Shown here: piece by piece, positions 1-14,600 of the stretch
How positions within the stretch are numbered: position 1 is the stretch's first letter
Layout of the letters: every line of letters begins with the position of its first letter
DNA from: Podarcis liolepis
Taxonomy: Eukaryota
Strand: one strand, 5' to 3'
DNA length: 64,000 bases
Assembly: GCA_965112155.1 (NCBI GenBank)
Contig: OZ218102.1
Translations under genes and position numbers: made by a program
Notes under the pieces: model-generated
Seen by the model: the letters and a program-made list of their open reading frames with translations, nothing else
Told to the model about the DNA's origin: nothing
Database searches by the model: none

Positions 1-74
1 GTTGTATGGAAGAGCATTCAGTCATGTGAGCTCTCAAGCTGCAGTGGGACAGCCTAGACTCAGATTTACCAGTA

Positions 75-299
75 CAGTGGTACCTCAGGTTAAGAACTTA
101 ATTCATTCTGGAGGTCTGTTCTTAACCTGAAGCACCACTTTAGTTAATGGGGCCTCCTGCTGCCGCCGCGCCGCTGGAGCACGATTTCTGTTCTCATCCT
201 GAAGCAAAGTTCTTAACCTGAGGTACTATTTCTGGGTTAGTGGAGTCTGTAACCTGAAGCGTATGTAACCTGAAGCGTATGTAACCCGAGGTACCACTG
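75..299. mobile_element. Tc1/mariner-type MITE
   Basis: TIR CAGTGGTACCTC(A/G)GGTTA, TA target duplication; same family at 8216-8674. Confidence 0.9.
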
Positions 300-1822
300 T
301 ACCAGTTTGGGGAGAACGCTAAGCCCTTCCACAGGATTGGGGACCCTGTAGCCTTCCAGATGTTGTTGGACCCCCAACTCCCACCAGCCCCAGTGAGCAG
401 AATCAGAGGTCACAGGGGTTGGGAGCCCATAGTCCAGCAACATCCAGAGGGAAGCAGGTTCCTTATCCCTGGCATTCATAATACAGTGCTGGCTTGGGAC
501 CAGAAGTCAGCATGGTTGAGCACCTGTTGACTGCCTCCCCTCAAAGAGAAGGAGTGGCTGCTGCCACCTGTACATTTAACCTCTCCTTCACCTCGGCAGA
601 AGGCCGATGACCATGTGGATCATGTCCTGCTACTCTGCTCTTTCTCCACCTTGCCTCCACTTACCTGTCTTCTCCTGCAGAGGGTGGACAAGTGAAGACA
701 CTGGCAATTTTGAGGAGGAGCAGTAGAGGAACAGCAACAAAATTTGGGCAGACCCACACCATGCATTTAAAGCACATGACCCTCCCACCAAAGGAGGGAA
801 CTGTGGTTTGTTAAGGATGCTGGGAATTGTAGCTCTGTGAGAAGGAAAACTACACAAGTCACCTGGAACACTTTCCCTGCTGAAATCAATCAGGCACCCA
901 CAGTTCTGATATGTTGTCACATGCAGAAAACATTTTTTTGCCCACTGTTTTTAGAGAATGACTTTGATTCAGTGCTGGTCGTTTGCTTCTTACTTTTTCA
1001 TGCTATGGTTTTATGATGTTTGAATGGTTTTTTTTTGTACACTGTCACAATATTTTTATGAGTAGGTGGTTATTATAAATACATACATAAATAGAACAGC
1101 AGCAGCAGCAGCTGCACACTAATGTGCTGCCCCCCTATGGCTACTGGGAGAGGAGAGGATGAACCATGGACAGGGGCCCTTGCAACCCGTAGTTAAAGGG
1201 GTCCATTAAGGTCCACTTACATGAAGCCTCCCTGCCCCAACCTTGGAGCTGACCCAGATTCAGTGATCACTAGAGTGATTGACGTAGGGGTTGATTTTCC
1301 CTATGATCCAGCTCAAACGCCATATTACTTGCTTTTACTAGCTACATGGCAGGCAGAAGTTCATTAGCTGAAGTTTTCCCAGCCCTGCATCTCAGAGAGA
1401 GGGGTGGGGAGAGGGGGCAATGTACTGTACACACTGTACTGCATTTTAGGGCACACCTACTTACTTACCCCTTCTGCGCCCTTGTGCATACCTTGGCCCC
1501 CTACCTTCCCTCTGTTTCCCGAAGGCATTCATGCAAACACAGTGGCAGGTACCCTGCCCTGCTAATCATACGTTGCAGAGTAATATGCGCAGCTATTCTG
1601 TTCTTCCTGCTGTGCAGGATTTTCCCATTCCACAACAAAGAGCGAAATGGCTATTATCTCCATGCCGTGGTCTAAGAAAATAGCCCCTAAACAGTGGAGA
1701 ATTGAAGGTTCTGAGAGCAGGGGTGGGAAACCTGCAGCCTCAGGGCCACTTCCAGTCTTTGCCTTAATTAATTGTGTGCAATTCTTCTTGACTACGTTTT
1801 GCATGGGGGAGGAAGCAGGGAA

Positions 1823-1824
<2 letters not shown>

Positions 1825-1883
<59 letters not shown>
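1825..1883. repeat. (GA)n microsatellite
   Basis: Read directly. Confidence 0.95.
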
Positions 1884-1885
<2 letters not shown>

Positions 1886-2354
1886 AGAAGGTTCTCACTT
1901 TTGGCTCTGGTCTGCTCACCCCCCAAGCAGGTTACTTCAAAGGGAATGTGGCCCTCAATGGGGAAAAGTGTCTCTATTCTTGTCTGAGAGGGATAGGCAT
2001 TACTACTCCATTGAGAAACACTTAGATCTGCATCTTGGCTTCCCTCCAGGTGCAGAGCTTCCTTAATGCATGGGTTAATTCTCCTTGATGTGGCTGTCTT
2101 GGCAAAAGTAAATTAGGCAGGGACACCTGGGAAGGAGACCATCTGCCAGGTGTTTTCAAAGCCAGCTCACAGGGTACAAAAAAGAGCAGTCTCTTGCCAG
2201 CAATTCTTCATGGAAGCACGGACTCCCCTTCGCTCCAGATTAGGAGACGTGTTATATTTTCTCAACACAGAGTTGTTTGGATAGGGGAGCATGGGGAAAT
2301 GTATGTACATCATCAGGTGTGACAAATAGACCTGGCCGCCCTCCTTTTCACTGT

Positions 2355-2512
2355 GGCTGTGTACACACCATGCATTAAAAGCACATTTCCTCCCCCCAAA
2401 AGAGAACTGTAGTTTGTTAAAGGTGCTGGAGATTGCTACTCTATGATGGGTAAACTTCCCAAGATTCTTTTTCGGTGGGAGGGGTGTGTGCATTAAATGT
2501 ATGGTGTGTACT
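2355..2512. mobile_element. Degenerate MITE-like repeat family (also ~750-880 and ~11200-11365)
   Basis: Inverted ends GTACACACCATGCATT...AAATGTATGGTGTGTAC; three diverged copies in the window. Confidence 0.55.
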
Positions 2513-2642
2513 ATATGCATGCTGGGAAGACACAGGGAATTGCATCTTCCGAGATTGTGCATGAAAAGAAGATACGATCATTGCATGTGGCTATCTAGAT
2601 GGAGATGCCATGCAATTACATAAGCAGAAGCCTTCCCTGTAA

Positions 2643-2731
2643 CATAGCTGTCAACTTTTCCCTTTTCTTGCGAGGAATCCTATTGGAATAAGGGAATTTC
2701 CCTTAAAAAAAGGGAAACGTTGACAGCTATG
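2643..2731. mobile_element. 89-bp hAT-type MITE
   Basis: Perfect 13-bp TIR CATAGCTGTCAAC and perfect 8-bp TSD CCCTGTAA. Confidence 0.9.
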
Positions 2732-3026
2732 CCCTGTAAGGGGCAAAACATGTAACCGGTGGAGTGACCGTCAGGTACGAATAGCAATGTGCTTGGTGAA
2801 CGTGACCATGGCCAGGAACTTCTAAGGTGTGTTTTTGTTGCTCTAGTAAGGGAAGAGTGATGTCATCTCTGTTCCTTTAGGGCCTGCAAAGCTGTGCTGG
2901 GAGCAATTTAGTAAGCTCTGAGACTTCTCTAGCCTCAGCACATTCTTCCTTCGCTCCTTCCCTCTCCACCTGCTTTGTAGAGCATCCATGTGCTGCTGTG
3001 TCCCAGAAGATAGGGAGCTCTTTGAA

Positions 3027-3027
<1 letters not shown>

Positions 3028-3076
<49 letters not shown>
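3028..3076. repeat. (GA)n microsatellite
   Basis: Read directly. Confidence 0.95.
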
Positions 3077-3078
<2 letters not shown>

Positions 3079-4329
3079 CAGAAGCGACAATATGCTTTTG
3101 AGGCCAAACAGGCAGACACGTTTAATTATACACTGTACAGCACAATATATTTTAACTAACTGCTAGCTATTTCCCTAAGTACCCCCTTATCTCTCAGAGC
3201 AATATAAAACCTGGGATGGATTATACTGCAATTCTGGAATCTCTGTATATATTATCGGCTGGGATTACGGAACACATCCTGCATAAACACTCCACTGAGT
3301 CAGAACAGCACCAGGTCTAAAAATAGCTCAGCACTGTCGAAACCCAACAACCTGTGAACACCCTCTCCCCCAGTACATATGGGGTGACAAATTCCAGCTC
3401 CCTGGCTTGAGAAGGATCCAGCCATTCAGGAAGAAGCCGAAGCACAGAGATTAAAGGCAACACAGCTTCTTAGTTTTATCATAGGCACGTCCCTGTCTTA
3501 TGAGTGGAGAGGGGATGTCTCAGCTGACCTGTCTACCCACAACCCACAGGACTGCTGCTAGACTCATACAGTGCTTATACCAAATGAATATAGAGTTGGA
3601 AGGGGACCAAAATAGAGTTGGAGGGGGACCAAAGGGTCATCTAGTCCAACCCCCTGTGGTGCAGGACTATTACAAAGAAGCTCCTTATATGCCAAGCAAA
3701 AGCTCAGTAATCACCAAAATAAACTTCTGGCAAAATGAGTGTGCAATAATGTATCTTGTTGGCAAGGAGTGAATTGTACTGCATTGCTGGGGCTGCAGGA
3801 AAAATGAGTCCAGTTTCCAAATTTGATACTGGCGAGTTTGTGAAGAGGGGTGGGAGAGATGGTCTGTTTGGATTAAATGGTCTTATGCCTTTCCTGCCCC
3901 AAAGCCCTGAAGAAACACAATTGCTGCACTTCATCAGTACTTTTCCAGGGACATTTTGTAGTATGTTTAATACAGGCAGTCTCAGCCATGCCCATTCAGA
4001 CCACACCTGGAACACTGTGCCCATTTCTGAGCTCCACCATTTAAGAAGGATATTGACAAGCTGGTATGTGTACAGAGAAGGGCAACCAAGATGCTCAAGG
4101 GTCAGGAAAGCAAGGCAAAATCACTCGGGGGCCACAGAAAGGTTCTGGTGAAGGAGAGTGTGGCCTGGAAGGGGGATCTGGTTTGGGAAAATCCCAGAAG
4201 GCCTGAGAGAGAAACCTGGAAAGAAGGCCACATTCAAAGCCCTGGCCTGATGTTCCCTACCACTCTTGTTATTTGCATATTTTAATTGATTATTGATTGT
4301 TGATTCCTTGTCAGCAACCCTGGGGGCTT

Positions 4330-4970
4330 GTTGAAGGACATGGTAAAAAATCTCTTAGTAAAGCAGAAAAGCAAGCAAGCAAACAGATTTCCCAAATTCT
4401 CTGAACGTTCTTAGGGTGTGGCTTCTTCTTCTTCTTCTCTTTGGTGATCCACCAGGTGTTCTTTAGTTCTCTGGTTCTTCTTTGACCCTCAGCCTTAGAG
4501 TTGGCATAGGTTTTTTTTCTTAGTGGTGCAGTTTCTATCTCTTTGCTAGATCTGAAAGGCCTTTCTTTTCTTGTCAATAATGCATTCAATCTCACTGTCA
4601 TTCTCATCAAACCAGTCCTGGTGTTTCCTGGTTTGGTACCCAAGTTTGTTCACAGGCTGCAAAAATGGATGATTTTAGCTTGGTCCAGTGTTGTCAGGGT
4701 CCTTAAGAGTCTTTTGGAAGCAATCCCACTTAATAGGACCTTGAAGGGCTTGCATGTTCATTTTGCACCTTGGTTTCATTCCTCGAAGCCTTCGTTGAGG
4801 TATAATCTTGATAGCCATTATGGAGTGTATTAATCGGTGATCTGTCCAGCAATTGTTGGCACTGTCATAGCTCTGGTAAGGAGCACGTCACAGTGATTTT
4901 CAGCTCGGGCAATTACATAGTCGAAGAGGTGCCAGTGGTTCGACTGAGGGTGCCTCCATTATGCTTTTTA
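4330..4970 (-). mobile_element. RTE-clade LINE fragment (end of endonuclease domain)
   Basis: Minus strand reads WRHPQSNHWHLFDYVIAR...CWTDHRLI...RKHQDWFDEND, with frameshifts and stops. Confidence 0.85.
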
Positions 4971-7900
4971 TTTATTTATTTTTGTTGAAAGTGTGTGTTG
5001 GTGATAACAAGGGTGTGTGACACCCTGCTACTAGTAATGTTAAGAAAAGACGTTTTTAAAGGAGTTAAAGAAACAGGATACAATTCAAACTTAATTTTTA
5101 ATACATCCCAAACCTCAGACCAGCTAAACCTGAAACAATAATCCTTATTCACCATCTCTCAGATTAACCTGCCTCACAGGAATGTTGTGTTAATACGGAG
5201 TTAATACAGAGAAGGGAAGAGCCATGGTATGGCCCTTGAGCTCCTTAGAGGAAAGGGTTTTTTTTTTAAAAAGCAAAATAAAATAAATAAACAAGCATTC
5301 ACTTATACCAGGAGCCCAAACACTGAAATCACTTCCAGTTAATGTGCTGAGACCAGTTTGAGAGGCTGGTAATAAATGATTATTTCAACACACCCCTCCC
5401 AAGAGCTGAATTCAACTTAAAAGAGAGAGCAATGCTTAGTTCTGTACACTCAGCTCTCTTTTGCCTCTGGTATACAAGTTTAAAGATTTATGTTTAACCC
5501 CTATTAGTGCTTTTGTTCGAACAGGCTTTGCAGGTTTTTGAAACAATTAAAAACATTTGCAAGATTTAATCAGCTCATGGGACAAATGGAACAAAGGAAA
5601 TAAGCATGTAAGTCATAGGTGCTGACGTCTCTCTCTCTCAAACCACTTTTAACTCTTGTCTCTTTCTCTCCAGCTACCTGAATTTCTTCTACTAGCATTG
5701 CAAAAGCATGGTTGAGACTGTTTTCACAAGTTATCGTTTCTGGCTATGGTGCCTACTTGCATTCTGAACTCCATACCTTAAGCTCAGTGGATCATCTTCA
5801 CCTCAGATAATTACATCTCTCCTTTCCTTCCATAAACTCTTTGAGACATTTACACTTATCTTCAACCATCATGTCCTCTGTCTTGGCTTTTAGGAAAGGT
5901 ACATAGATGGATTTGCTGTCTTGAAGGTATCAGGAAGGGAATTAGATCGTGTCAGATGGAATCCACATTGCTGATGACAGAAGGCAGTGGAAATTTGCCT
6001 TTGTCTTTGCTCAGCCCCTCAGCTCATTCCCACTCTCTGGGCAACTTGGCAGCCCTGAACAGAAGGGGGTCATTAGGCATTGCTAGTGAGATGTGCCAGT
6101 CAGGAGCATCCTTTAAGGACAGTGCCTGACACTGGTACAGTGTGAGTCTTTGTCATGGGCCTCCATATCTGTCTAGCAGATGGATGGGGAGTGGGGAGGG
6201 GAACTTGTGAGCAATAGTTGAATGAGTGCCTTGGTCAATCTGTCTCTGGAGGCTTGACCAAGACTCCTTCTGTTCCCTCTGATGAATGGGTTGAATGGAC
6301 TGTTGTGTTAGGGTAGGGAGGGTCCCTCATCTGTTTGTGGCTCATTTTCACATCACCCTGCTGCCCTGTGTGTCTTGATAAGTGATGAGCCCACGGCACA
6401 GTAGTGGAATCAATAATGCACAAAACAGCTTCACTGGCTCCATCCCAGCCCTCTACAAGGCCTGACTCTTGCTTGCTTCTCTGTGCAAGTGATGGATGGA
6501 GCAATGCAGTGGAGCGATAGCTCTGGGCAGGAGGCAAGGGCACACATAGGCCTGGGAGAGCCCAGAAGGGCTTTTTCTCAGGGAAGATTCATTGCTGACT
6601 ATCCTGCTCTTTTCATTTAATGCAATCATGTTTCACAGACTCGGAGATCATACTCTGTCGAAACAGATTGTATCTGATCTAAGGCTCGAGGGGGAAATTA
6701 GTAATTAGGTGTGGGTGAACAAATGCTCCACTCATTCCTCCATTCCAGCTTTGGAAAAGGTTGGGTTGGGGTGTTTCTAGAAAACCACGGAATGAGATGT
6801 TGCCAGATGATCTACTTCAGCAAAATGCAGGTGTGGTGCACATGTTGCTGGACTCCAACTCTCATCGTCCCTGACTGTTGGCCATGCTGACTGGGGCTAA
6901 TGGGAGTTGTTGGGCCCCACAATTCCTGGAGGGCCACAAGCTCCCCATCCATGCTCTACAGCACTCTGTTAGCAGAATAAATAAGAAAGTTGAATGCAAG
7001 CAAATAAGGAAGTTGAATGCAAGGTTGAATGAAACCAATTAGATCAGGTTGGACTTGTGTATTTGTGTTTAGGACCTAGTCTCCTATGCCCGATCACTGT
7101 CAGGTTCTGGGTGACTCCAAAATCTAGAAACATCTCAAATTTCAGATGGTGCCTATTTCCCTGGGGTGCACAACTGAGAGGAACGGACACATTTCAACAG
7201 TGGAGCATACAGGTATGCCTTGCCTGCAGAAAGTGTGAGAGCCCTGGGATCTCCATAGAAAACAACAACTCTCATGTCACTGGGAAAAGCCTCAGCTAGC
7301 TTGTGTAGGGTGTATTGACTTATGTGGCCCACTTTGTAACAAGAAGCTCGATATCCTCATTTGCACTTCCCTGCTTCCTGTAGACCCAATACAGGCTTCT
7401 AATCCGCCGACTGAATATTCATGAGCTTGCATGCTATTGCCAGATCTGCTGGAAAGCTCTCCTCCCCTAAAACAACGCCTTAAGGAGGCAGCATAGATTC
7501 TCCTTGGAATTGGAATTTGGGGGCACCGTCAGTTGTTCAATGTTATTTACAGAGATGTTTGCTTTGGGGAAGCCCAGTAGTGCTTGAAGTTCAATAGGCT
7601 TGAAGTTCAATTATGTCCTTTTCCTGCACAGTCCTGCCTGTGTTGAGGACAAGCTCAAATGCAGCAGCTGATTTTGTTTCCTGAGGTGTCATCACCACTG
7701 TGCTAAAAAAGAGAGAGAGCAGCTAAGATGTGAATACAGAGGGCACAATGTTTATGTTTCCCCCTCTGCAGAAAAAGAATTGAAGGATTCAATGGCAAAG
7801 CTGTTAAGCCCTTTACTTCTGCTCCAAGAAAGGAGTGGCAGACCACAGTGAATGTGTGAGTGTGATTTTTTTTTAATTCATACATCCAAAGGCAGAAGTG

Positions 7901-8043
7901 TTGCCATAGAAACACAGCACATCCTTTTTGCCAGCTGGGGGAGATGGCTCCTGGATGACGTCATAGAGAGGATGACACACACGTGGCACAGAAAGGTGTG
8001 GACAGTGGAAGTTGAACTATTATGGGGAAACAAAAAAGGGGAG

Positions 8044-8699
8044 CATAGGAGCCAATTCCTAGGGGCTGAAGTCCCTCTGGCCCCCCCAATAAAATATTTG
8101 AAGGGGCAGACTCCCCCAAAGTTGATGGGCATTGCCATGCAAATGGTTTGTGTGTGCGCGCGCTGCATCTTTGTGATCGATGATATGGGACAGGGCTTAC
8201 CTGTCCCCTCCAATACAGTGGTACCTCGGGTTAAGAACTTACAGTGGTACCTCGGGTTGCATACACTTCAGGTGACATACGCTTCAGGTTACAGACTCTG
8301 CTAACCCAGAAATAGTACCTTGGGTTAAGAACTTTGCTTCAGGATGAGAACAGAAATCGTGCTCCGGTGGCACGGTGGCAGCAGGAGGCCCCATTAGCTA
8401 AAGTGGTGCTTCAGGTTAAGAACAGTTTCAGGTTAAGAATGGACCTCTGGAACGAATTAAGTACTTAACCCGAGGTACCACTGTAATTCGTTCTGGAGGT
8501 CCGTTCTTAACCTGAAATTGTTCTTAACCTGAAGCACCACTTTAGCTAATGGGCTGCTGCGCAGCCGCCGCCCGATTTCTGTTCTCACCCTGAAGCAATG
8601 TTCTTAACCCGAGGTACTATTTCTGGGTTAGCGGAGTCTGTAACCTGAAGCGTCTGTAACCCAAGGTACCACTGTATTTTATTCGAGTTGGCACCCTTG
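8044..8699. mobile_element. hAT-like MITE hosting nested mariner MITEs
   Basis: Imperfect TIR CATAGGAGCCAATTC / GAGTTGGCACCCTTG (11/15); TSD AAGGGGAG/AAAGGGAG (7/8). Confidence 0.6.
8216..8674. mobile_element. Mariner MITE with a second copy (8242-8483) inserted in the opposite orientation
   Basis: Four CAGTGGTACCT TIR ends; TA duplications at 8240-8241 and 8484-8485. Confidence 0.9.
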
Positions 8700-11600
8700 A
8701 AAGGGAGCATCAGGAGGTTCTGAATGGGAACCCCAATCTAGTATGTAAATTCTGTGTCAATCTGTCTCAGTGCGGTGATGGTTGATGCCCATTGGGATTG
8801 GTGAGGCAGAAGAGAGGCAGACCCAACAATAGGTGGAACCAGATCTAAATGAAAGGCAAACCCACTTCCTAACCAGTTGTAAATAAGAAAGCAGGCAGAC
8901 AGACAGAGAGTTGGTTGACGGTAGACTGAGGTTGGTGGTGCAGTGTCCAATTTGCCCATGCAATGAATGGAGTGAGGATAGCAGATAGTCCTGCTGAAAA
9001 GAGAACATTTAACACTTGTGGACAAGGGAATTCCTACTGCCTTTTGTTTGCCCTGATATTCTGGCACTTGCCAGAAGGCAGCATCTGATTTGTGACACAC
9101 AACCTCACTGGACTGCATCTTTACTGCATCACCTGATTTCACTAATTTTGAAGGCTACAACCAGGTTCTGTCTGATGCATCCGTGGGTGATTGCAGTGGG
9201 CGATGGCTGCCATGCCATGCTGGAAGGGAGAAGCTTGGCATTCTCTGAAACAAAGTAAGTATCTTAATATGAAACACTGCATACAATCATCAGTACCTAG
9301 AGTGAATGTCAGTAAAATAAAATGAATAAAGAAGTCAAATGACTCGTAGAAAAAATAAAAGCTAATCACACCCCAAAGCTGAATATCACTGGCTAGGATC
9401 CCTGTGGTGTGCAGGCATATTCCCCACCTACCCAGTTAGAGAAGATGACACAGTTTAAAAACATTTCATGGAGGGTTTATTTTTAGATTCAGAACATTTC
9501 TTTCCTATCGGACTAGTTCTCTTGTGATTCTAGGCATCTGGGTGGTGTTGGTGGTTATTATTGCTTCTTTTACTGGCTTCTCTCCATCAAGGGCGACTGA
9601 TCCCCATCAAAACTCATGCCACATACATGTGTGTGGTCATGTTGAGAAGTTGGCATTTTCTGGACAGATAAAGTTTTTTTTGCAATGGACTTCCTTGGTA
9701 GTGCATATAATACTATGATTGAAACACAGATAGTATCAGCTGGCTCCAAGCTTCTGTCTAGCCTCTGTAAGGAGCAGAAAAATGTCTGTGTTTGTTGCTG
9801 GTTTGCCACTTGTCTTAGGGCTCTTCCAGACTTCTGCTGTTTTGGGGTGGGATTCAATCACATACCAGTGAGTCCATCTTTTGCACCGCAAACCCACTTC
9901 CTCCTCCCCAAAGCTGGTTTTTGTGACAATGAGAGTGATGGGGAAATGCCCCTGAAAATGTGGAATTATACTTGCTTGACACAACTATCACATAACTTCC
10001 CCACAAACAATTCAGAATAGTCCTGTTCTTGCAAACTTGTGCCAACAAGGCAGCATGAGTGCTCAAGAAACAGGTCATCTGCAAGTGACCTTAGCTAAAT
10101 GATAATGCATTTCAGGATGCTTGTGCCAATACACCAGAGTCCTTGCCACCAGCTCTCTAATCTGGACTGAATAAACTGCTTTTATTCTGCCAGCTGTAGG
10201 TTCTAAAGTCAGCTTTTGGACTGCTCTGACCCATAAGAGAAGCAGTCCCAGGCTAGCTGCATGCATCTTAAGGTTTACAACCTCTGTTATTATTTTCCCT
10301 GCTGTATTATTTCCATTAGTACATTTTTAAAAATTCAGTGCAGAGAAGTAGCTAGGTCAGCATTGCCTCCCATTGCTTTTCCAATTGAGGTAGAAGCCAG
10401 GCCACTCATACCACATGCAAACTAAATAGGGCTGATAGTGGCTGTGTCAGTAGCAGGCAGAATTATGAGCTTCAGTCAATTTTCTTGGTAGATTAATCGA
10501 CTAAAGGAATCATCGGATTAATTAGTAGTGCTAATAGTGAAAGGTTTGTCATCGGATTAATTAGTAGCGCTAATAGTGAAAGGGAGCCACCCTGCAGACT
10601 TCAGGCACATGCCAGCTCCTCCTTCTTTGGAAAAAAACAGTTATACCAACATGTTCTGCATGCATGAGTAAACAGAGAAATATAGGATGAAGATGCCCCT
10701 TGTTGCTCATTCCCCTTATTCCCCCCCCCCCCCAATCACTGTAGTTCCACTGACGGCTGTGTCTTTGTACCCTTTGAACTGAGGACAATGCAAGATTCCT
10801 CCATGAAATTCAATGCAATTTGCTGACAGCCAGTCCCCTTCCATGGCGAGACACAGCATGTCTGACTGCAGCAATCATGACCTAAAAGGACTGGCTTGAG
10901 TCCATTAGGCAGCAGGCACAATTACTCTTCGCCATAAAGCACCGATGCTGGCAGATTCCTCTCTCCACTGAGTACCATGAGTGATTTGCGAGGCGTGCTT
11001 CCTTCCCAAAGGCAGCTCATGTCCTGCAGGGAAACTTATTTTTAGAACGCCATGGAAAAGTCCCATTGGCTTGCCTTAGGTCCTCCCAGTGATCTGAGGT
11101 GCAAGGAGATTCAGTTCCAGGGTTCTTCAGGGTTCTTCGGGGTTTCCTCACCTCTTCCTAGAAGCATTTTATAGATATTACACATGCCTGCAGACTGAGG
11201 CTGTGCACACATCATATGTTTAAAGCACATGACTTCCCCCCAGGATTCCTGGGAAGTGTAGCTTGGCAAGGGCACTGGGAACTGTAGCTTTGTGAGGGAT
11301 AAATGACAGTTGTCAGTAATCTCTGGGGGAAGTCATCTGCTGTAAATCTGTGGTGTGCATGCAGCCAGACGAGACAACATATATTGTAAGCTCCCTAAAG
11401 AAGAGACCTATCATTTTTGCTTATGCTACCCTGCGAAGCTCCAATGCACATTGACTGTGAGGTCTATCTATGATATGCCATAAAAAGCACATGGTGCATA
11501 TCACACAGTAGTAACATGTCTTCCATCCTTAAATGCATGCTATTTGTCATTTTACTCTGGATGCAATCATCCACCTTCTATCTTGTATGCAAGCAGCAAA

Positions 11601-14600
11601 TACTGTTGCTAATATTACATAAACAGAAAATGTGGCGTCTCCAAGAGCTAGAGAACTGAATCCTTTCGAAGCCATACTGCCTAATCATAATAAATAATAC
11701 TGCCAGAGACCTCACCATCATTTCCCTAGAGTGAGCACGGATGTGCTTAACCCAGTCTGCCAGGTCTTTCAATTATTGACTTATGAGTATAAGGCACTGC
11801 CTTGACCTAAGACAGTTTCCCAACTTGCTCTCCTTCCCAAACACAATTCCTTATATTGGATTCAAAGCACCCTAGCTGTGTATCACTCTTCAGCCACCCT
11901 CCCACTCTGTTTTCCCCATACTGCAGACTGTACCAATTGCCTGCATAGGTCTAATGAGCCCAGACTTTGTTCAATCTTCCAGAAGTTTTGCTCCTCTCAT
12001 TGAGCTGTAGCTAATCTTTCAGCCTTTCTTGTTGATGTGATTCTGTGCAGTGATCTCCAATGTGCAGCCTGAGTTTCCTTTCCAAATCTTCAGTTTTCGG
12101 GGGGGGGGGGGCGACACGCCATGTCTGAAGATCCGTAAATGAAATTTTAGGCTGCACTTTGGGGAGCGCTGCACAGAATGGCAATGAGAGATACTAAAAC
12201 ATTTCCAGAGCAGAACTCCTCTGCAGATAATTACAGGTTCCAAGCACTAGGCATCATCGTTGGCTTTGGGCCAGGCGTGCCCAGCATCTGCTCAGGTCAA
12301 TGCAGCATTTCTGCTCATGCCAGCAAACAGCTGGATTACCACTGGCTCTCAAACCTCCATTCTGCTCAACTGCAGGATTGAGAAGCTTCTCAGCAATCCA
12401 TATTGCTCCTTTAATTTGCCTGAATGACAAGATCCTTTGAGAAATTTTTCTTGTGCCTTTGTACAATGAATCTGACAGGGTCCTGGGTTGTATTAATTGG
12501 GAAGAGATGGGAAGAATGGAGGAGGGCCAGAATGACAGGTTTGTCTTCAGGGTGAGGCAGAAGAAGCAAGTATCCTGGCTTGAGAGTTGGGTGTGGTTCT
12601 TCTGCAGGTGTATACAGGGTTGAATTAGGCTTGCAGCTGATATTTATATGTGTGTGTCTGGGTATAAGTATGCATATCTGAAGTCTCTCTGAAGTATCAC
12701 ATAATGACACTATATTTTTAGACCTAAGCATTTATTTTTCTTCCTTCTTTCCTTTTTTTCTTAAAGGTAGCACATATATATCACAGAAACACACCCACCT
12801 AAACTATTCCTGCTATCTGCATATATCTCTGTTTCCCTTATGTTGCTGTTGTGAAGTCTTGGAACATTCAGAAACAGTCACAATTTTCAAGACAGAACAG
12901 ACAACAGTAAAAGGTTCATAAACAGGCCAATTTCTATGAGGGGCTAGAGAGCTCAGCTTGGGTGGGGGAAGATTCACATAGGGCAGAAGAAATTATACCC
13001 ATGTTGTTTATATTCCATGAAGTCTTCAGTACCCTATATAGCTTGTTGCCCCTTCTCTATGTCTGCTGAATAAATTCTGCAAACTAAGCAAAGACATGAA
13101 AATAATAAATGTGCATAATTCATAGAGATTGCAGAATCTAGCCTTTTCCTTAGCACTGAACTCCATAATTCAGAGTACATTTGAAGGCAGCAGCTGAATA
13201 GCAAGAGGCCCCAGGAGGTAAAGAAAACAAAGAGCAGATCCTGACGCAGAGTAGAGTAGGCATGGACTGAGAAACCAAAGGGAAGGATAAGTAAATAAGG
13301 CAAAATCCTAAGGCAAGGATGATGAACCTGAGGCCCTCCAGATGTTATTGGATTACAATACCAATAATTCCTGGGTTGCTAATGGTGCTGATGGCACTTT
13401 GAGCTGAACAACATCTGAAGGGGCCAGGTTCACCACCTTTGTCCTAAAGAAAGGACAAGCAGAAGAGACAGTGAATTGAGAAAAGGATTAATCAGTGAGA
13501 AAGGTGTTAGGAACAAAGCTCCCATATGGCCTCAAGCAGGTGTGGAGAACATTTGGCTCCTCCAGATACTGCTCAACTACAGCTCCCATCATGCTTGCTA
13601 GGGCTGATGGGAGTTGAGATAACAGTGACTGGTGGTCACCTGGAAGTTGCACTAAGGAGAAAGCGGAGCAGGCAAACCCCATAAAACAGGATAAGGGACC
13701 TTGTGCTGTTAGGAGAAAGGGTGAGGACAGGCAAAGATGCTTTGGAGATTAGAGGAGTGTTGGTCAAGGAGTGATATGAGAATAGGTGTCAGGAAACATC
13801 CTGTACCTTTAAAAGTACTGTAAAAGGGAAAATCCAACCAAGGGTAGAAGAAGCCACACCAGGAACTGTAATTATTATTTTAATCAAATGGTCAAAGCAA
13901 AGGTACGGAAAATCTCTCAAGGTGTGAACATTGCAAGTTTAAGGAGATAGCAAGGCCCAGAGATGCAGGGTTGAGTTTGAACTATTAACTAAGGGCACTG
14001 CATCTAAAGTTGCCCAATTGTGAACTCAGGAGAGAGGATACAAATATATTTAATTTCATGAAAAATTATGATTTATTGGTATCTTTCAGTCCTGTTTTGG
14101 GAATATCATTCCCTGGAACAGGGAGAAAACCCATTATCTTTAATTCCAAATAAATATTCAGAAATCATAAAATGCTTTTATCCACATTTCCCTCCGAAGA
14201 TGAACACTCCCTGGCCAGTTCTAGACAGTAAGCATGGAGGATCAAGTATAGTGCAGACACGCCACCCCAGGGAGGGCTATTCTGAAGGAGGCCCTTCTGT
14301 CGCTGTGCCTTAAGTGCCCATTAGTGCGGCCAATTAGTCAGTCCCACACCATATACCAGGTCTCCCTTAGGCTTGGTATGTAAGGGGTGGGTATGTGGCA
14401 GCTGGGGCCAAGCGTCCCCCATCAAAGAGAACTGCCCTGGAAGCGGAGGCAACAACACCCGCCAGCAACACCGGGACCTGAAGCTCTGCGCTATCTCTCG
14501 CTTTGAGGCTGGGGTGGCACGTGCCCCAAGTAACCCGCACGCCGGCTCTCGGAGGACAAGCAGGAAACGAGCGAGAGCCCGGTTGCTCTTTTCCTTGCTC

